From Betaproteobacteria bacterium (GTDB lineage Bacteria; Pseudomonadota; Gammaproteobacteria; Burkholderiales; SG8-39): a DNA stretch of 64,000 nucleotides. Each line of letters starts with the position of its first letter. Position 1 is the first letter of the stretch. Shown piece by piece: positions 8,709 through 16,963 of this stretch. The stretch is taken from contig VBBY01000003.1 in NCBI GenBank assembly GCA_005881595.1, forward strand, positions 731 through 64,730, in the 5' to 3' direction. The notes beneath the pieces are model-generated. The model ran no database searches, was not told the origin of the DNA, and saw only the letters and a list, made by a program, of their open reading frames with translations. Made by a program: the position numbers and the translations under genes.

Positions 8709-8718
8709 TGTTATCATA
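8709..8718. promoter_or_regulatory. Putative bidirectional sigma70 -10: TGnTATCAT (+, 8709-8717) overlapping TATGAT (-, 8718-8713)
   Basis: Sequence match inside the 22-nt gap between divergent yjgA and pmbA. Confidence 0.6.
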
Positions 8719-8726
8719 GCGCCCCC

Positions 8727-10082
8727 ATGCCGAAGCGCCACGGTTTCAGCTGCGACCCCGGTGAATTGCGCAGCCTCGCGCAAGTGGTGCTGGAGCGCGC
8801 CAGGCACGCCGGCGCAAACGGCTGCGATTGCGACGTCTCCGAGGCGTATGGCCTGACGGTGACGGTGCGCAAAGGCCAGCCCGACACCATCGAGCATAAC
8901 CGCGACCGCAGCGTCGGCGTCTCCATCTATCTCGGCGAACGGCCGAAGGTGCGCCGCGGCCACGCCAGCACGTCGGATTTCTCCCGCGCGGCGCTGGAGC
9001 AGACGGTCGATGCCGCCCTCGCTATCGCACGCCATACCGCGGAAGACGAATGCGCCGGATTGCCGGATGCGGAGCTGCTCGCGCGCGAGCGGCCCGACCT
9101 CGATCTGTTCCACCCGTGGGGGTTGTCCACGGAGGAGGCGATCGACATCGCGCGGCGCTGCGAGGCCGCGGCCTTTTCGGTTTCAAAGAAAATCCGCAAC
9201 TCGGAAGGTGCGACCCTCGCCGCTCACCAGTCGCAGTTCGTCTTCGCGAACAGCCTCGGCTTCGAGGGCGGCTATCCCGGCTCGCGGCACTGGATCTCGT
9301 GCTCGGTGATCGCCGAGGACAATGGCCTGATGCAGCGCGACGACTGGTTCAGCGCCGCCCGCGTGCCCGCGAAGCTCGCCGAGCCGCAGGCGCTGGGACG
9401 CTACGCCGGCCAGCGCGCGGTGGCGCGCCTCGGCGCGCGCAAGATTGCGACCTGCCGGGCGCCGGTGCTGTTCGAGGCGCCGGCGGCGTTGCAGCTGATC
9501 GGCCATTTCGTCTCGGCCGTGAACGGCGGCAACCTGTACCGCAAGACCTCGTTCCTCGTCGACAGCCTCGGAAGACAGGTGTTCTCGCCGCTGGTGCGCA
9601 TCGAGGAGCGCCCGCACGAGAAGCGGGGGATGGCCAGCACGCCGTTCGACGAGGAAGGCGTTGCGACGCGCAGCCGGGCCGTGGTGCGCGACGGCGTCGT
9701 CGAAGGCTATTTCCTCGGCAGCTATTCGGCGCGCAAGCTCGGCCTGAAAACCACCGGCAATGCGGGCGGTCACCACAATCTCGTGGTGCGCTCCGCGGGA
9801 CCGGACTTCGCCGGCATGCTGAAGAAACTCGGGCGCGGGCTTCTCGTCACCGAGCTGATGGGTCAGGGCGTGAACCTCGTGACGGGCGATTACTCGCGCG
9901 GCGCGGCGGGCTACTGGGTCGACGGCGGCGAAATTCGCTTTCCTGTGGAGGAAATCACGATTGCCGGCAACCTGAAAGACATGTTCAAGGGTATCGTTGC
10001 GGTAGGCAGCGACGTGCTCGTGCGGAGCGGCCGGTCGAGCGGTTCGATCCTGGTTGAGAACATGACAATCGCCGGCGACTAG
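8727..10082 (+). CDS. pmbA: Metalloprotease PmbA/TldE
   Basis: IEHNRD, GHASTSD, PFDEEG, GYFLGSYSARKLG, TGDYSRGA and EITIAGNL motifs. Confidence 0.95.
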   Translation: MPKRHGFSCDPGELRSLAQVVLERARHAGANGCDCDVSEAYGLTVTVRKGQPDTIEHNRDRSVGVSIYLGERPKVRRGHASTSDFSRAALEQTVDAALAIARHTAEDECAGLPDAELLARERPDLDLFHPWGLSTEEAIDIARRCEAAAFSVSKKIRNSEGATLAAHQSQFVFANSLGFEGGYPGSRHWISCSVIAEDNGLMQRDDWFSAARVPAKLAEPQALGRYAGQRAVARLGARKIATCRAPVLFEAPAALQLIGHFVSAVNGGNLYRKTSFLVDSLGRQVFSPLVRIEERPHEKRGMASTPFDEEGVATRSRAVVRDGVVEGYFLGSYSARKLGLKTTGNAGGHHNLVVRSAGPDFAGMLKKLGRGLLVTELMGQGVNLVTGDYSRGAAGYWVDGGEIRFPVEEITIAGNLKDMFKGIVAVGSDVLVRSGRSSGSILVENMTIAGD

Positions 10083-10123
10083 ATCGGTTTCGAACATGGG
10101 GGCTGCTCGGAGGTCCGATCCGC

Positions 10124-10411
10124 ATGGGACATGCCTGCACTCACGACGACTTCGGCGGCGCTCCTGATCCCCAGCCTGAGCACCCGATTACCGCAATCAT
10201 CGCTGTGATCGCCATGTTGGCTGCCATCCTGTTGATTACATGGGCGCGGATCGAGGTCCACGGCACCGGCGATCTGGAGGAAGCGCTGGTCGAGCCGCAG
10301 GTCCAGACCGGCGTGCCGGTCTTGCCTCCCAAGGACATCAAGGCCGGCGAGGAGCGCGAGGTCGACGCGGCGGTGACTTCGAGCCGCTTCGCGACCGGTC
10401 TTTCGCCTTAA
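10124..10411 (+). CDS. Small single-pass membrane hypothetical protein
   Basis: SD GGAGG; one hydrophobic stretch ITAIIAVIAMLAAILLITW. Confidence 0.65.
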   Translation: MGHACTHDDFGGAPDPQPEHPITAIIAVIAMLAAILLITWARIEVHGTGDLEEALVEPQVQTGVPVLPPKDIKAGEEREVDAAVTSSRFATGLSP

Positions 10412-10447
10412 GGCGGATCCTTTGTTCGCTGAGGCATAATTTGCCTC

Positions 10448-11023
10448 ATGCGAACCCTGATCCCGATCACCGCGGCCCTGATCGCCGCGGCGCCCGCGGC
10501 CGCGCTGGAGCCGCAACCCCTTTACCAGCTTGCCCAGGCGCAGCCGCGCCGCAATCAGGCACCCGACGTCATCTTCGTGCCCACGCCGCAGGAGGTGGTG
10601 GACGAGATGCTGCGGCTGGCCAACGTCAGGAAGGGCGACGTGCTCTACGACCTCGGCTCAGGCGACGGGCGCATCCCGGACACGGCGGCGAAGAAGTTCG
10701 GAGTGCGCGCGGTCGGCATCGACATCGACCCGGAGCGCATCCAGGAGGCCAACGAGAACGCGAAAAGGAACGGCGTGACTCGCCTGGTGAAGTTCCGCAA
10801 CGAGGACCTGTTCCAGGCCGACTTTCACGAGGCCACGGTGGTGACGCTCTACCTGCTGCCGGACCTCAACGTGAAGCTGATGCCCCGGCTGATGGAGCAG
10901 CTCAAGCCGGGGTCGCGCATCGTTTCGCACCAGTTCGACATGGGCCAGTGGAGGCCCGACAAGAAGGTCGAGCTCAACGGGCGCACGATCTACCTCTGGA
11001 CGATTCCCGCAAAGAACCGGTAG
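10448..11023 (+). CDS. Class I SAM-dependent methyltransferase (FAM173/aKMT-like) with N-terminal signal-like peptide
   Basis: FVPTP, LYDLGSGDGR, GIDID, VVTLYLLP and RIVSHQF motifs. Confidence 0.9.
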   Translation: MRTLIPITAALIAAAPAAALEPQPLYQLAQAQPRRNQAPDVIFVPTPQEVVDEMLRLANVRKGDVLYDLGSGDGRIPDTAAKKFGVRAVGIDIDPERIQEANENAKRNGVTRLVKFRNEDLFQADFHEATVVTLYLLPDLNVKLMPRLMEQLKPGSRIVSHQFDMGQWRPDKKVELNGRTIYLWTIPAKNR

Positions 11024-11649
11024 TGCGAAAGCCGTTGCGCATCGAGGTGGTTTCCGACGTCGTTTGCCCGTGGTGCTACATCGGCAAGCGGCGCCTTGAA
11101 AAGGCGCTCGTGCTTCTGGGCGACGAAGCGCAGGTGAGCGTTCGCTACCTGCCCTTCCAGCTGAACCCCGAGATGCCGCAGGGCGGGATGCCTCGCGCGG
11201 AGTACCGCAAGGCGAAATTCGGCTCGATCGAGCGGAGCCGCCAGCTCGACGCCCGCGTCGCCGCGGAAGGACGCGGCGAGGGCATCGAGTTCGCGTTCGA
11301 GCGCATGGCGCGCACGCCGAGCACGCTCGCTGCGCACCGCCTGATCGAGCTAGCTCAGCGCCAGGGCGCCGGCCAGGCGGTGGTCGACGAGCTTTTCCGC
11401 GCCTACTTCGAACAGGCCAAGGACGTCGGCGATCCCAAAGTGCTGGAGCAGATTGCGAAGCGCAGCGCGGTCTCTGGCTGGCCGCAGGAGGCTGACGCGA
11501 AGGAAGTCGCCGCGCTGGAAGAAGAGATGCGCGGGCTCGGGATTTCGGCGGTGCCGACCTTCATCTTCGACCGCAAGCTCGGCGTCTCGGGCGCCCATCC
11601 CCCCGATGCGCTCGCGCAGGCGATGCGCGAAGCCCTGGGCGCTAAGTAA
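11023..11649 (+). CDS. DsbA family oxidoreductase (FrnE-like)
   Basis: VSDVVCPWCYIGKRR, PFQLNP and ISAVPTF motifs; GTG overlaps the upstream TAG. Confidence 0.92.
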   Translation: MRKPLRIEVVSDVVCPWCYIGKRRLEKALVLLGDEAQVSVRYLPFQLNPEMPQGGMPRAEYRKAKFGSIERSRQLDARVAAEGRGEGIEFAFERMARTPSTLAAHRLIELAQRQGAGQAVVDELFRAYFEQAKDVGDPKVLEQIAKRSAVSGWPQEADAKEVAALEEEMRGLGISAVPTFIFDRKLGVSGAHPPDALAQAMREALGAK

Positions 11650-12232
11650 AGTCCAGCCGGGTGTTGAGCACGATGCCGTAGATCGCGATCGGCGGCCGGC
11701 GCGAGAGCTCGAGCGGCGGCAATTCCTCGGCGCCCAGCGTCTTGACCGTGGCGCCGATCGCCCGCATGAACGCAAGCGACAGCACGATCTCGCCGGCGCG
11801 CGCGCGGTGCACCAGGCGCTCGGCGATGCTGACGCAGTCGCCGAAAGCGACGTACTGCTGGCTGTCGTCGGGGCCCGCCATGCCGAATACGGTGTCGCCC
11901 ACGTGCAGACCGAGGGCCACCGCGGCGGGCAGGGCGTAGTCGCTCTGCCAGCGCTCGCCGATCGGCTCGAACCCGCGCTGGATCTGCTGTGCCGCCTTGA
12001 GCGCGTAAATGCTGAATTCCAGCCGGTCTTCCCCGCTGAACGAGGCGATCACCGAGTCGTTGTGCAGCGACAGCATGCGGCCGCCGCGCTCGCCGATGTG
12101 CTTCCCCGTGAAGGAGAAGAACTCGTTGGCGAGCTGCAGCACCTGCGGCGCCTCCAGGGTTTCGGAGAGCCGCGTGAAGTTGCGCAGCTCGACGTACAGG
12201 ATCGCGGCGGGGCGTCGCTCGGGCGCGGGCAT
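11642..12232 (-). CDS. Stand-alone class III nucleotide cyclase homology domain, degenerate
   Basis: ILYVELRNFT, HNDSVIASF, LGLHVG and FGDCVSIAERL motifs. Confidence 0.85.
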   Translation of the reverse strand: MPAPERRPAAILYVELRNFTRLSETLEAPQVLQLANEFFSFTGKHIGERGGRMLSLHNDSVIASFSGEDRLEFSIYALKAAQQIQRGFEPIGERWQSDYALPAAVALGLHVGDTVFGMAGPDDSQQYVAFGDCVSIAERLVHRARAGEIVLSLAFMRAIGATVKTLGAEELPPLELSRRPPIAIYGIVLNTRLDFT

Positions 12233-12241
12233 GCCGCCACT

Positions 12242-13204
12242 TTAATCGATTCGCGCGCCGATTTCCCGGACCAGCCGCGCGTACTTGGCGTAATCGTCGC
12301 GGATCGCCGCGGCAAATTCCCCGGGCGTGGTGATCCAGGCTTCCACTCCGCCCGCGTTGTGCAGGCGCTCGCGGATCCCGGGTTCCTTGAGGACGCGGTT
12401 CACCTCGGCGCGCAGCCGCGCCAGAACGGCCTCCGGGGTGCCAGGCGGCGCGAACAGGCCGTACCACTGCGTCATCTCGAAATCCGGGTAGGTTTCGGCG
12501 ATGGTCGGCACCTCGGGCAGCAGGCTCGAGCGCTTCGGCCCGGTGTACGCGAGCACGCGCAGGCGCCCGGCCTTGATCTGCGGCGCGGTGGAAGTCCCCG
12601 ACATCATCGCCGCGACTTCGCCGGACACGGTCGCGGTCGTCGCCGGCGCGCCGCCCTTGTACGGGATGTGCGCGAGCGCAATCCCGGCGCGTCCCTTCAG
12701 CCGCTCCATCGTCAGGTGGTGCTGGCTGCCGTTGCCGCCCGAGGCGTATTGCAGCGGCGGGTTCGCCCGCTTCGCGTACTCGATGAACTCGGCGAGGTTG
12801 TGCACCGGCAGCTGCGGATTCACCACCAGGAAGAAGCCGTTCGACACCAGGCTTGCCACCGGGGCGAGATCGCTCAATGGATCGAACGGCATGCGCTCGT
12901 AGAGATGCGGGTTGATCGCGAGCAGGCTGTCCATGCCGACCAGCAGCGTATAGCCGTCGGGCACCGCCTTCGCCACCGCTTCGCCCGCCGCCACGCCGTT
13001 GCCGCCGACGCGGTTCTCGACCACCACCGGCTGGCCCAGCGTCTCGGTGAGGCGCGCCGCGATGAGGCGCCCCACTAGGTCCGGCCCGCCGCCGGGCGGG
13101 ATCGGCACCAGCAGGCGGACAGGTTTCGAGGGGTACTGCGCGGCGGCGACCGACGCAAGCAGGGCAACGGCGATTGCCAGAAATCCCCTAAGAACGCGAA
13201 GCAT
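12242..13204 (-). CDS. Bug/TctC substrate-binding protein
   Basis: Signal peptide, YPSKPVRLLVPIPPGGGPD and HIPYKGGAPA; ATG13204 lies inside the 3' end of the upstream gene. Confidence 0.95.
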   Translation of the reverse strand: MLRVLRGFLAIAVALLASVAAAQYPSKPVRLLVPIPPGGGPDLVGRLIAARLTETLGQPVVVENRVGGNGVAAGEAVAKAVPDGYTLLVGMDSLLAINPHLYERMPFDPLSDLAPVASLVSNGFFLVVNPQLPVHNLAEFIEYAKRANPPLQYASGGNGSQHHLTMERLKGRAGIALAHIPYKGGAPATTATVSGEVAAMMSGTSTAPQIKAGRLRVLAYTGPKRSSLLPEVPTIAETYPDFEMTQWYGLFAPPGTPEAVLARLRAEVNRVLKEPGIRERLHNAGGVEAWITTPGEFAAAIRDDYAKYARLVREIGARID

Positions 13205-13898
13205 CGCCGGCCGCAGCGATCCCATCGAGATAGTGCTCCCACACGTACAGGTTGCGCTCGCAGGCCTTGACCACGGCGTCTTCCATGCGCAGTTGCCTCG
13301 CGAATTTCTCCACCGCGCGCCAGCCGGTGTCCGAGTGCTCGATGTCGGCCTCGGTGTGCAGCTCGAAGAACTCGAGCTCGTCGCCCGCGAGGCCGAACAG
13401 CTTTCCCCAGCGCAGCCGCTCGATGCCGAACCAGCCGTGCTTTCTGAACAGCCCGCTGCCGTAGCCCGGCGCATTGATGCGCTCGGCGCAGGTGTTGGCG
13501 ACGATGCCTTCGAGCCAGTGGCGATTCGCCATCAGCCCTTCCCACGCCGCCCAGGCGAGCTCGGTCGAAGGCAGCGGCTGCGCGTCCTGCAGCTCGCGCC
13601 GCTTCAGGCCGATGCGCAGGCCGAGGTCCTCGAGGATCTTCCAGTGCGGCCGGCCGCCGCCGTGCTGGTGGTCGGCGATCACCTCCTCGCTGCAGGCCTG
13701 GATGATGCGCATGCGCGTGTCCCAGTCGCTGCAATTGGTCGCCACTTTGAGCTTGAGCACGGAGTTGCGCTGCCGGGTGTTGAGCCGGTGCTGCAGCGCG
13801 AACATGCGCGCCCGGCCCCTGGTCATCGGCTGGTGGAACCACGCGCAGCGCGCGACGAAGGCGTTGACCGCCTGGTCCATGCGCGAGACAACACTCAT
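13188..13898 (-). CDS. Heme-oxygenase-like diiron enzyme (HDO; CADD/PqqC/TenA fold)
   Basis: EE...H (SEEVIADHQHGGGRPHW), E (TCAERIN) and HxxxDxxH (LHTEADIEHS) match the HDO ligand pattern. Confidence 0.8.
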   Translation of the reverse strand: MSVVSRMDQAVNAFVARCAWFHQPMTRGRARMFALQHRLNTRQRNSVLKLKVATNCSDWDTRMRIIQACSEEVIADHQHGGGRPHWKILEDLGLRIGLKRRELQDAQPLPSTELAWAAWEGLMANRHWLEGIVANTCAERINAPGYGSGLFRKHGWFGIERLRWGKLFGLAGDELEFFELHTEADIEHSDTGWRAVEKFARQLRMEDAVVKACERNLYVWEHYLDGIAAAGDASRS

Positions 13899-13901
13899 CT
13901 T

Positions 13902-14450
13902 CTACGTGAGGAAGAAGTACATGGATATGACAAACACCACCAGCGCGCCCGCGGCGAGAAAACGCAGCGTCGTGTCCGACACGCCGGGCAGGCCAGGGTC
14001 GCTCGGCGCCGCAGAAGCGAAGTTTTCATTGAGATTCCTGAAGAAGTCGTCGGCGACTTTTTTCGCCGCCGCGTCGACCAGGCGCGAGCCGATCTGCGCC
14101 AGCTTGCCGCCGACGTTCGCCTTCACTTCGTAAGACAGCCTGGTATGAGCGCCTTCGGAAGACAAGCTCACTTGGGCGCTGCCCTTCGCGAATCCCGCGG
14201 CACCGCCCTGGCCCTCGAAAGAGATCGAGTAGGAGCTGGGCGGGTTGATGTCGGAGAGCGTCAGCCTGCCCTTGAACTTGGCGCTCACCGGGCCGACGCG
14301 CGCCACCATCAGCACCTGATACTCGTTGTCGCCGCTCTTCTCGATCGACTCGCAGCCCGGCACGCAGGCCTTCAGCACTCCGGGGTCGTTGAGCGCGTCC
14401 CAGACCGCCTGCTGCGGCGCCGGGATCAGCTGCTCGCCCTTCATTTCCAT
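13902..14450 (-). CDS. coxG: CoxG (SRPBCC) protein with C-terminal membrane anchor
   Basis: VWDALNDP, CVPGCES, VGPVSAKF and GKLAQIGSRLVD motifs; hydrophobic C-terminus. Confidence 0.9.
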   Translation of the reverse strand: MEMKGEQLIPAPQQAVWDALNDPGVLKACVPGCESIEKSGDNEYQVLMVARVGPVSAKFKGRLTLSDINPPSSYSISFEGQGGAAGFAKGSAQVSLSSEGAHTRLSYEVKANVGGKLAQIGSRLVDAAAKKVADDFFRNLNENFASAAPSDPGLPGVSDTTLRFLAAGALVVFVISMYFFLT

Positions 14451-15631
14451 GCGCGCTTCTCCTGAGTTTGCCGGGCCATCGGGCCGTTCAGCGTTTTCGC
14501 GAGGTCGACCAGGCTCTTCAGATTATGCACCGGCAGGAAGAGATCGACGTGCGGCAGGATCGCGCGCACGCCCGCCGGCCGCGCTTCGAACTTGTCGTAG
14601 CGCAGGAGCGGATTGAGCCATACGAGGTAGCGGCTCGATTTCGCGAGCCGCTCCATTTCCTCGCCGAGGCCCTCGCCGGCCTCGCGGTCGAGGCCGTCGG
14701 AGACGAGCAGCACGCACGCGTTCTGCCCGAGCGTGCGGCGGGCCCACTTGAAATTGAACTCGCGCAGCGACGCGCCGATGCGCGTGCCGCCCGACCAGTC
14801 CTTGATCGCGTCGGCGACCTTGGCCATCGCCACGTCGACGTCGCGGTGACGCAGCTGCCGGGTGATGTTGGTCAGCCGGGTGCCGAACACGAACACGCTC
14901 ACCCGGTCGCGGTCGTTGGTGATGGCGTGGAGAAAATGCAGGAACATCCTCGAATACGGGTTCATCGAGCCCGAGATGTCGCACAGCACGACCAGCGGCG
15001 GATGCAGCTCGCCGGGCGCGGCGCGCACCAGCGCGATGATGTCGCCGCCTTCGCGCAGCGACTCGCGCAGCGTGGCGCGCAGATCGATGCGCCGGCCGGC
15101 GCGCTCGGGCCGGAATCTCCTGGTGCGAATCATCGGCAGCGGCAGACGCAGCCGGGCGATCATCTTCTTCGCCTCGGCGAGCTCCGCGGCCGACATGGTG
15201 TCGAAATCCATGCGCTGCAGCACCTCGCGCGACGAGAAGGTGAGCCGCGCTTCGATGTCCAGGCGCTCGGCGTCCTTCTCGCGCGCCTCGCGCTGCTGGC
15301 TGAAGAGCGCGTCGGTGAGGCGCTGGCTCTGCTGCTGCTCGGGTCTTGCAGCGCGGCCGTAGGCCTGCGGCAGCAGCATCTGCATCATCCTCTCGGTGAG
15401 CTTGGGGTCGCGCCAGAAGATCTGGAACGCCTGGTCGAAGATCGGCCGCTGCTCCTGCCGCGACAGGAGCACTGCCGACATGGTCCAGTACCAGTCGTCG
15501 CGCCGCTGCGCACCTGCGATCTCCAGCGCGCGCACGCAGTCGATCACCCGGTCCGAGCCGATGCGCAGGCCCGCGGCCCTGAGGAGCCGCGCGAAGTGCA
15601 TCACGTTTTCTGCGAGCCGCCCCTCGCTCAA
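14441..15631 (-). CDS. coxE: CoxE-type VWA-domain protein
   Basis: NVMHFARLLR, LCDISGSM, FVFGTRLT, WSGGTRIG, LVSDGLD and WLNPLLRY motifs; TTG15631 overlaps the mcd TGA. Confidence 0.9.
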   Translation of the reverse strand: MSEGRLAENVMHFARLLRAAGLRIGSDRVIDCVRALEIAGAQRRDDWYWTMSAVLLSRQEQRPIFDQAFQIFWRDPKLTERMMQMLLPQAYGRAARPEQQQSQRLTDALFSQQREAREKDAERLDIEARLTFSSREVLQRMDFDTMSAAELAEAKKMIARLRLPLPMIRTRRFRPERAGRRIDLRATLRESLREGGDIIALVRAAPGELHPPLVVLCDISGSMNPYSRMFLHFLHAITNDRDRVSVFVFGTRLTNITRQLRHRDVDVAMAKVADAIKDWSGGTRIGASLREFNFKWARRTLGQNACVLLVSDGLDREAGEGLGEEMERLAKSSRYLVWLNPLLRYDKFEARPAGVRAILPHVDLFLPVHNLKSLVDLAKTLNGPMARQTQEKRAWK

Positions 15632-16947
15632 GCGGCAGCGCCCTTTTCGGCTTGCGCGCCCAGCGGGCACTCGCGCGCCAGCTTCTCGACCAGCGGCGAG
15701 GCGACGATGTGGTGCTCGCGGAAGTAGCGCTCGTGGTTGCGCTCGACCTCGGCGAGCCAGTAGACGTAGTTCACCATCAGGCCCGCGGAGCGCGACATGC
15801 CCTGCTCGGAGCAGTCGCCCATCCAGTTCAGGCGCTCGAGCGCCGCGCCGTTGCCCAGATGAAAGCGCGCCACCGCGTCGAGCGGCTCGAGGCCCTGCTT
15901 GGCGTTGAGCAGGTAGTACGCGCAAAGGCGCATCAGCAGGCTCTGCAGAGCTTCGGGCACTTCGCCAAATTGCCAGGCGGGATCCTCGAGCCGCGACAGC
16001 AGCGCGAGCCGCTCCTTGCCCTCGGCGCCGACGGCGACGCGCATGCGGTTCTCGTCGAGCCAGCGGCGGAAGCCGGGGATCGGCGACAGCGTCGCGAAGC
16101 GGCGCAGGTGCGGGAACTCGCGCTTCAGGTCCTCGGCGACCTGCTTGATCAGCAGGTTGCCGAACGAGATCCCGCGCAGCCCCTCCTGGCAGTTGGTGAT
16201 CGAGTAGAACATGGCGCAGTCGACGTTCGCGAGCGTCCCCACCGGCGAGCCGACGTCGAGCAGCGGCTGCACGTGCGCGCTCATGCCGCGCGCCAGGGCC
16301 ACCTCGATGAAGATGATCGGCTCGTCGGGCAGCTGCGGATGGAAAAAGGCGAAGCAGCGGCGGTCGGATTCGAGGCGCCGGCGCAGGTCGCGCCAGCCGT
16401 GGATTGCATGCACCGCCTCGTACTGGATCAGCTTTTCGAGCACCAGGGCCGAGGTGCGCCAGTCGATGCGCTCGAGGCGCAGGAAGCCGCGGTTGAACCA
16501 GGAGCGCAGCAGGTGCATCAGGTCCAGGTCGATGGCCCGCCAGTGCGGGTGCGTCTCGAGCCCCGTCAGCAGCCGCCTGCGCATCTCGACCAGCGCGGCG
16601 GTCCCGCCGGGGGCCATGTTGAGCCGGCGGAACAGCTCCTGACGCGCCGGCTCGACGCTGTTCTGCAGGCGCAGCAGGTTCTCGGGCGTAGGCTCTGCCT
16701 GGTACGCCGCCGCCGCGCGGCTGACCGCCTCCGCCGAAGGCGAGTACTGCCGCGCCAGGGCGTCGAAGAACGCGTCGCGCTGGCGCTCGTCCAGGCCCTG
16801 GTACGCGACGAGCGCCTCGCGCGCGAGCGACGCGCTCGCATATTCGCCGCGCTCGCTCAGCAACGCGTCGCACAGCGAAAGCAGGTTTTGCGTCGGCCGT
16901 TCGACCCCGTCGTGCTTGCCGCCGAGCAGCCGGCGGAAAAAAGACAT
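15628..16947 (-). CDS. mcd: Malonyl-CoA decarboxylase
   Basis: FRRLNMAPGGT, YEAVHAI, DRRCFAFFHP, FYSITNCQ, GNLLIKQV, TLSPIPGF and VARFHLGNGA motifs. Confidence 0.93.
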   Translation of the reverse strand: MSFFRRLLGGKHDGVERPTQNLLSLCDALLSERGEYASASLAREALVAYQGLDERQRDAFFDALARQYSPSAEAVSRAAAAYQAEPTPENLLRLQNSVEPARQELFRRLNMAPGGTAALVEMRRRLLTGLETHPHWRAIDLDLMHLLRSWFNRGFLRLERIDWRTSALVLEKLIQYEAVHAIHGWRDLRRRLESDRRCFAFFHPQLPDEPIIFIEVALARGMSAHVQPLLDVGSPVGTLANVDCAMFYSITNCQEGLRGISFGNLLIKQVAEDLKREFPHLRRFATLSPIPGFRRWLDENRMRVAVGAEGKERLALLSRLEDPAWQFGEVPEALQSLLMRLCAYYLLNAKQGLEPLDAVARFHLGNGAALERLNWMGDCSEQGMSRSAGLMVNYVYWLAEVERNHERYFREHHIVASPLVEKLARECPLGAQAEKGAAA

Positions 16948-16963
16948 TGCTCTCATGCGATGC

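Noticed and set aside
14441-16873. 810-aa ORF as an MCD-CoxE fusion
   Set aside because: The N-terminal half is an Arg/Ala/Pro-rich alternative frame of mcd; CoxE similarity begins at TTG15631.
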